From assembly GCA_020891255.1 (NCBI GenBank), contig BQFW01000014.1, forward strand, positions 1,488,001 through 1,552,000: 64,000 nucleotides of DNA, in the 5' to 3' direction. The position numbers and the translations under genes were made by a program. The stretch's first letter is position 1; each line of letters starts with the position of its first letter. The notes below the pieces were generated by a model that saw only the letters and a program-made list of their open reading frames with translations, had not been told where the DNA came from and ran no database searches. The stretch comes from Entomortierella parvispora E1425 (Eukaryota > Fungi > Mortierellomycota). Below, piece after piece: positions 63,047-64,000 of the stretch.

Positions 63047-64000
63047 TTATTCCTCACGCTGACTCTGCAGTTCTAACAAAGAGAATCCATGCACCACTTC
63101 TTGCAAATAAACCTTCTCGACGACCTCTTGCAAATAAATTTTCTCGATCTCTATGGCTGCCTCAGCGTGGTCTTTGGAGTAAACCCCACTCGATACTAGA
63201 GCCAGGAATCGAGCGATACTCACAGAAGGTTCCTCCGCCTTGGCTGTCATATCGGTTCCGAGTTTACTCGTTTGCTGGAGCACCTTGATCTCTTGAAGCA
63301 GAGATGAGTTCGTCTCTTTATAATCGTTTAAATCCTGCAAAATCATCGGACGATCGCGTACTGCAGCATCAAGCCTTTCCCGGGCCCTTGAGATATCGTC
63401 TTTGTACCTCTCCAGAGACATTGTATAGTATTTGGCGGTTAGCAATCCGTTTCGGTAGGCGTCCCGTTTGAAGTCAATCTCGCAGAAATTGAAGCCAAGT
63501 CCACCTCTAATGCCTTCAATCTTCATGTTGTCGTTTGTAATGACCAGGTAACGAATGGGGTATGCTTGAGCGGGAAACGTTAAGGTTTTACGACGAAACC
63601 AATCAATAGCCCTCCAAACACCGGGAAACGCCTGTTCGTCAATGAGGACAGGTTCTGTCGTGCACACTGCTTTGGTATAGGCTAGCTCCCGAACTATAGT
63701 TGCCTCGATTGTGTTGATTGCCGTGTTGAGAACGGCAATGTCTTGCAAGGCATGGCCCTGCAGGGTGTTCTTGGATTCTAGAGTCCGGTTGCCGGCATCT
63801 AAGGTTGCCCTGTACTTGTTGTAGATAATCCTGTCGACGGTCTTCATTTTTGAAGTTTTGAAAACTCTCTCAGCGTCCATGAATACTGGCAGGTTCGTTC
63901 GTGCCTGCAATAGAATTTGTCGGATGGTGTTCAGGGTAATGTATCTTCTTATAGGCTTTGTCGTCTCAAAGTCGCAGTCAATCACGATGTGCCTACAGCT
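63047..64000 (-). CDS. Paralog of the 61336 GTPase, C-terminal half (5' part beyond window)
   Basis: Collinear shared blocks: IDCDFETTKPIRRYITLNTIRQIL vs INCDFESTKPIRANITLNTIRQIL; DRIIYNKY vs DRIIINKY; IDFKRDAYRNGLLTAK vs IDFKRASYKNGVLHAK; EKIYLQ vs ERVYLQ. Confidence 0.85.
   Translation of the reverse strand, partial: SCRHIVIDCDFETTKPIRRYITLNTIRQILLQARTNLPVFMDAERVFKTSKMKTVDRIIYNKYRATLDAGNRTLESKNTLQGHALQDIAVLNTAINTIEATIVRELAYTKAVCTTEPVLIDEQAFPGVWRAIDWFRRKTLTFPAQAYPIRYLVITNDNMKIEGIRGGLGFNFCEIDFKRDAYRNGLLTAKYYTMSLERYKDDISRARERLDAAVRDRPMILQDLNDYKETNSSLLQEIKVLQQTSKLGTDMTAKAEEPSVSIARFLALVSSGVYSKDHAEAAIEIEKIYLQEVVEKVYLQEVVHGFSLLELQSQREE

Noticed and set aside
47540-64000. Bacterial contamination or endosymbiont contig as the source of MscL, DUF4238 and the GTPases
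   Set aside because: MscL has canonical spliceosomal introns; the intronless genes are interleaved with spliced fungal genes, flanked by the same poly-A/T intergenic style, and show no operon-like co-orientation.

Overview
Eukaryotic, intron-rich fungal DNA. The short GT-AG introns with long poly-A/T runs and the gene content point to an early-diverging fungus, most likely Mortierellaceae (inference). Bases 1-46.7 kb are a dense housekeeping block, often in head-to-head pairs: tRNA-Asn, CSN5, glycogen branching enzyme, an NBR1-like autophagy receptor, PRP22, TrpRS, eIF3h, RRS1, GPI8, SAP30BP, a Chs4/Skt5-like SEL1 protein, Sos7, a TSTD2/TrhO-like rhodanese, CWF19, RPN9, a ROM-type RhoGEF and PLP2. 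Bases 46.7-64 kb look accessory. They hold an intronless DUF4238 gene broken by one in-frame stop, a small secreted Cys-rich protein, a WSC sensor broken by one in-frame stop, a GPI-anchored chitin deacetylase and an FAD monooxygenase. They also hold a spliced fungal MscL channel (N-terminal 11-mer repeats, C-terminal zinc ribbon) and a cluster of three apparently intronless TRAFAC GTPase genes: one AIG1/GIMAP-like and two paralogous GTPase plus helical-hairpin proteins. This GTPase cluster, with MscL and DUF4238 nearby, is the best candidate for an undescribed membrane-acting or immune-type system. Gene starts and ends of spliced genes were placed by eye and no database searches were run.
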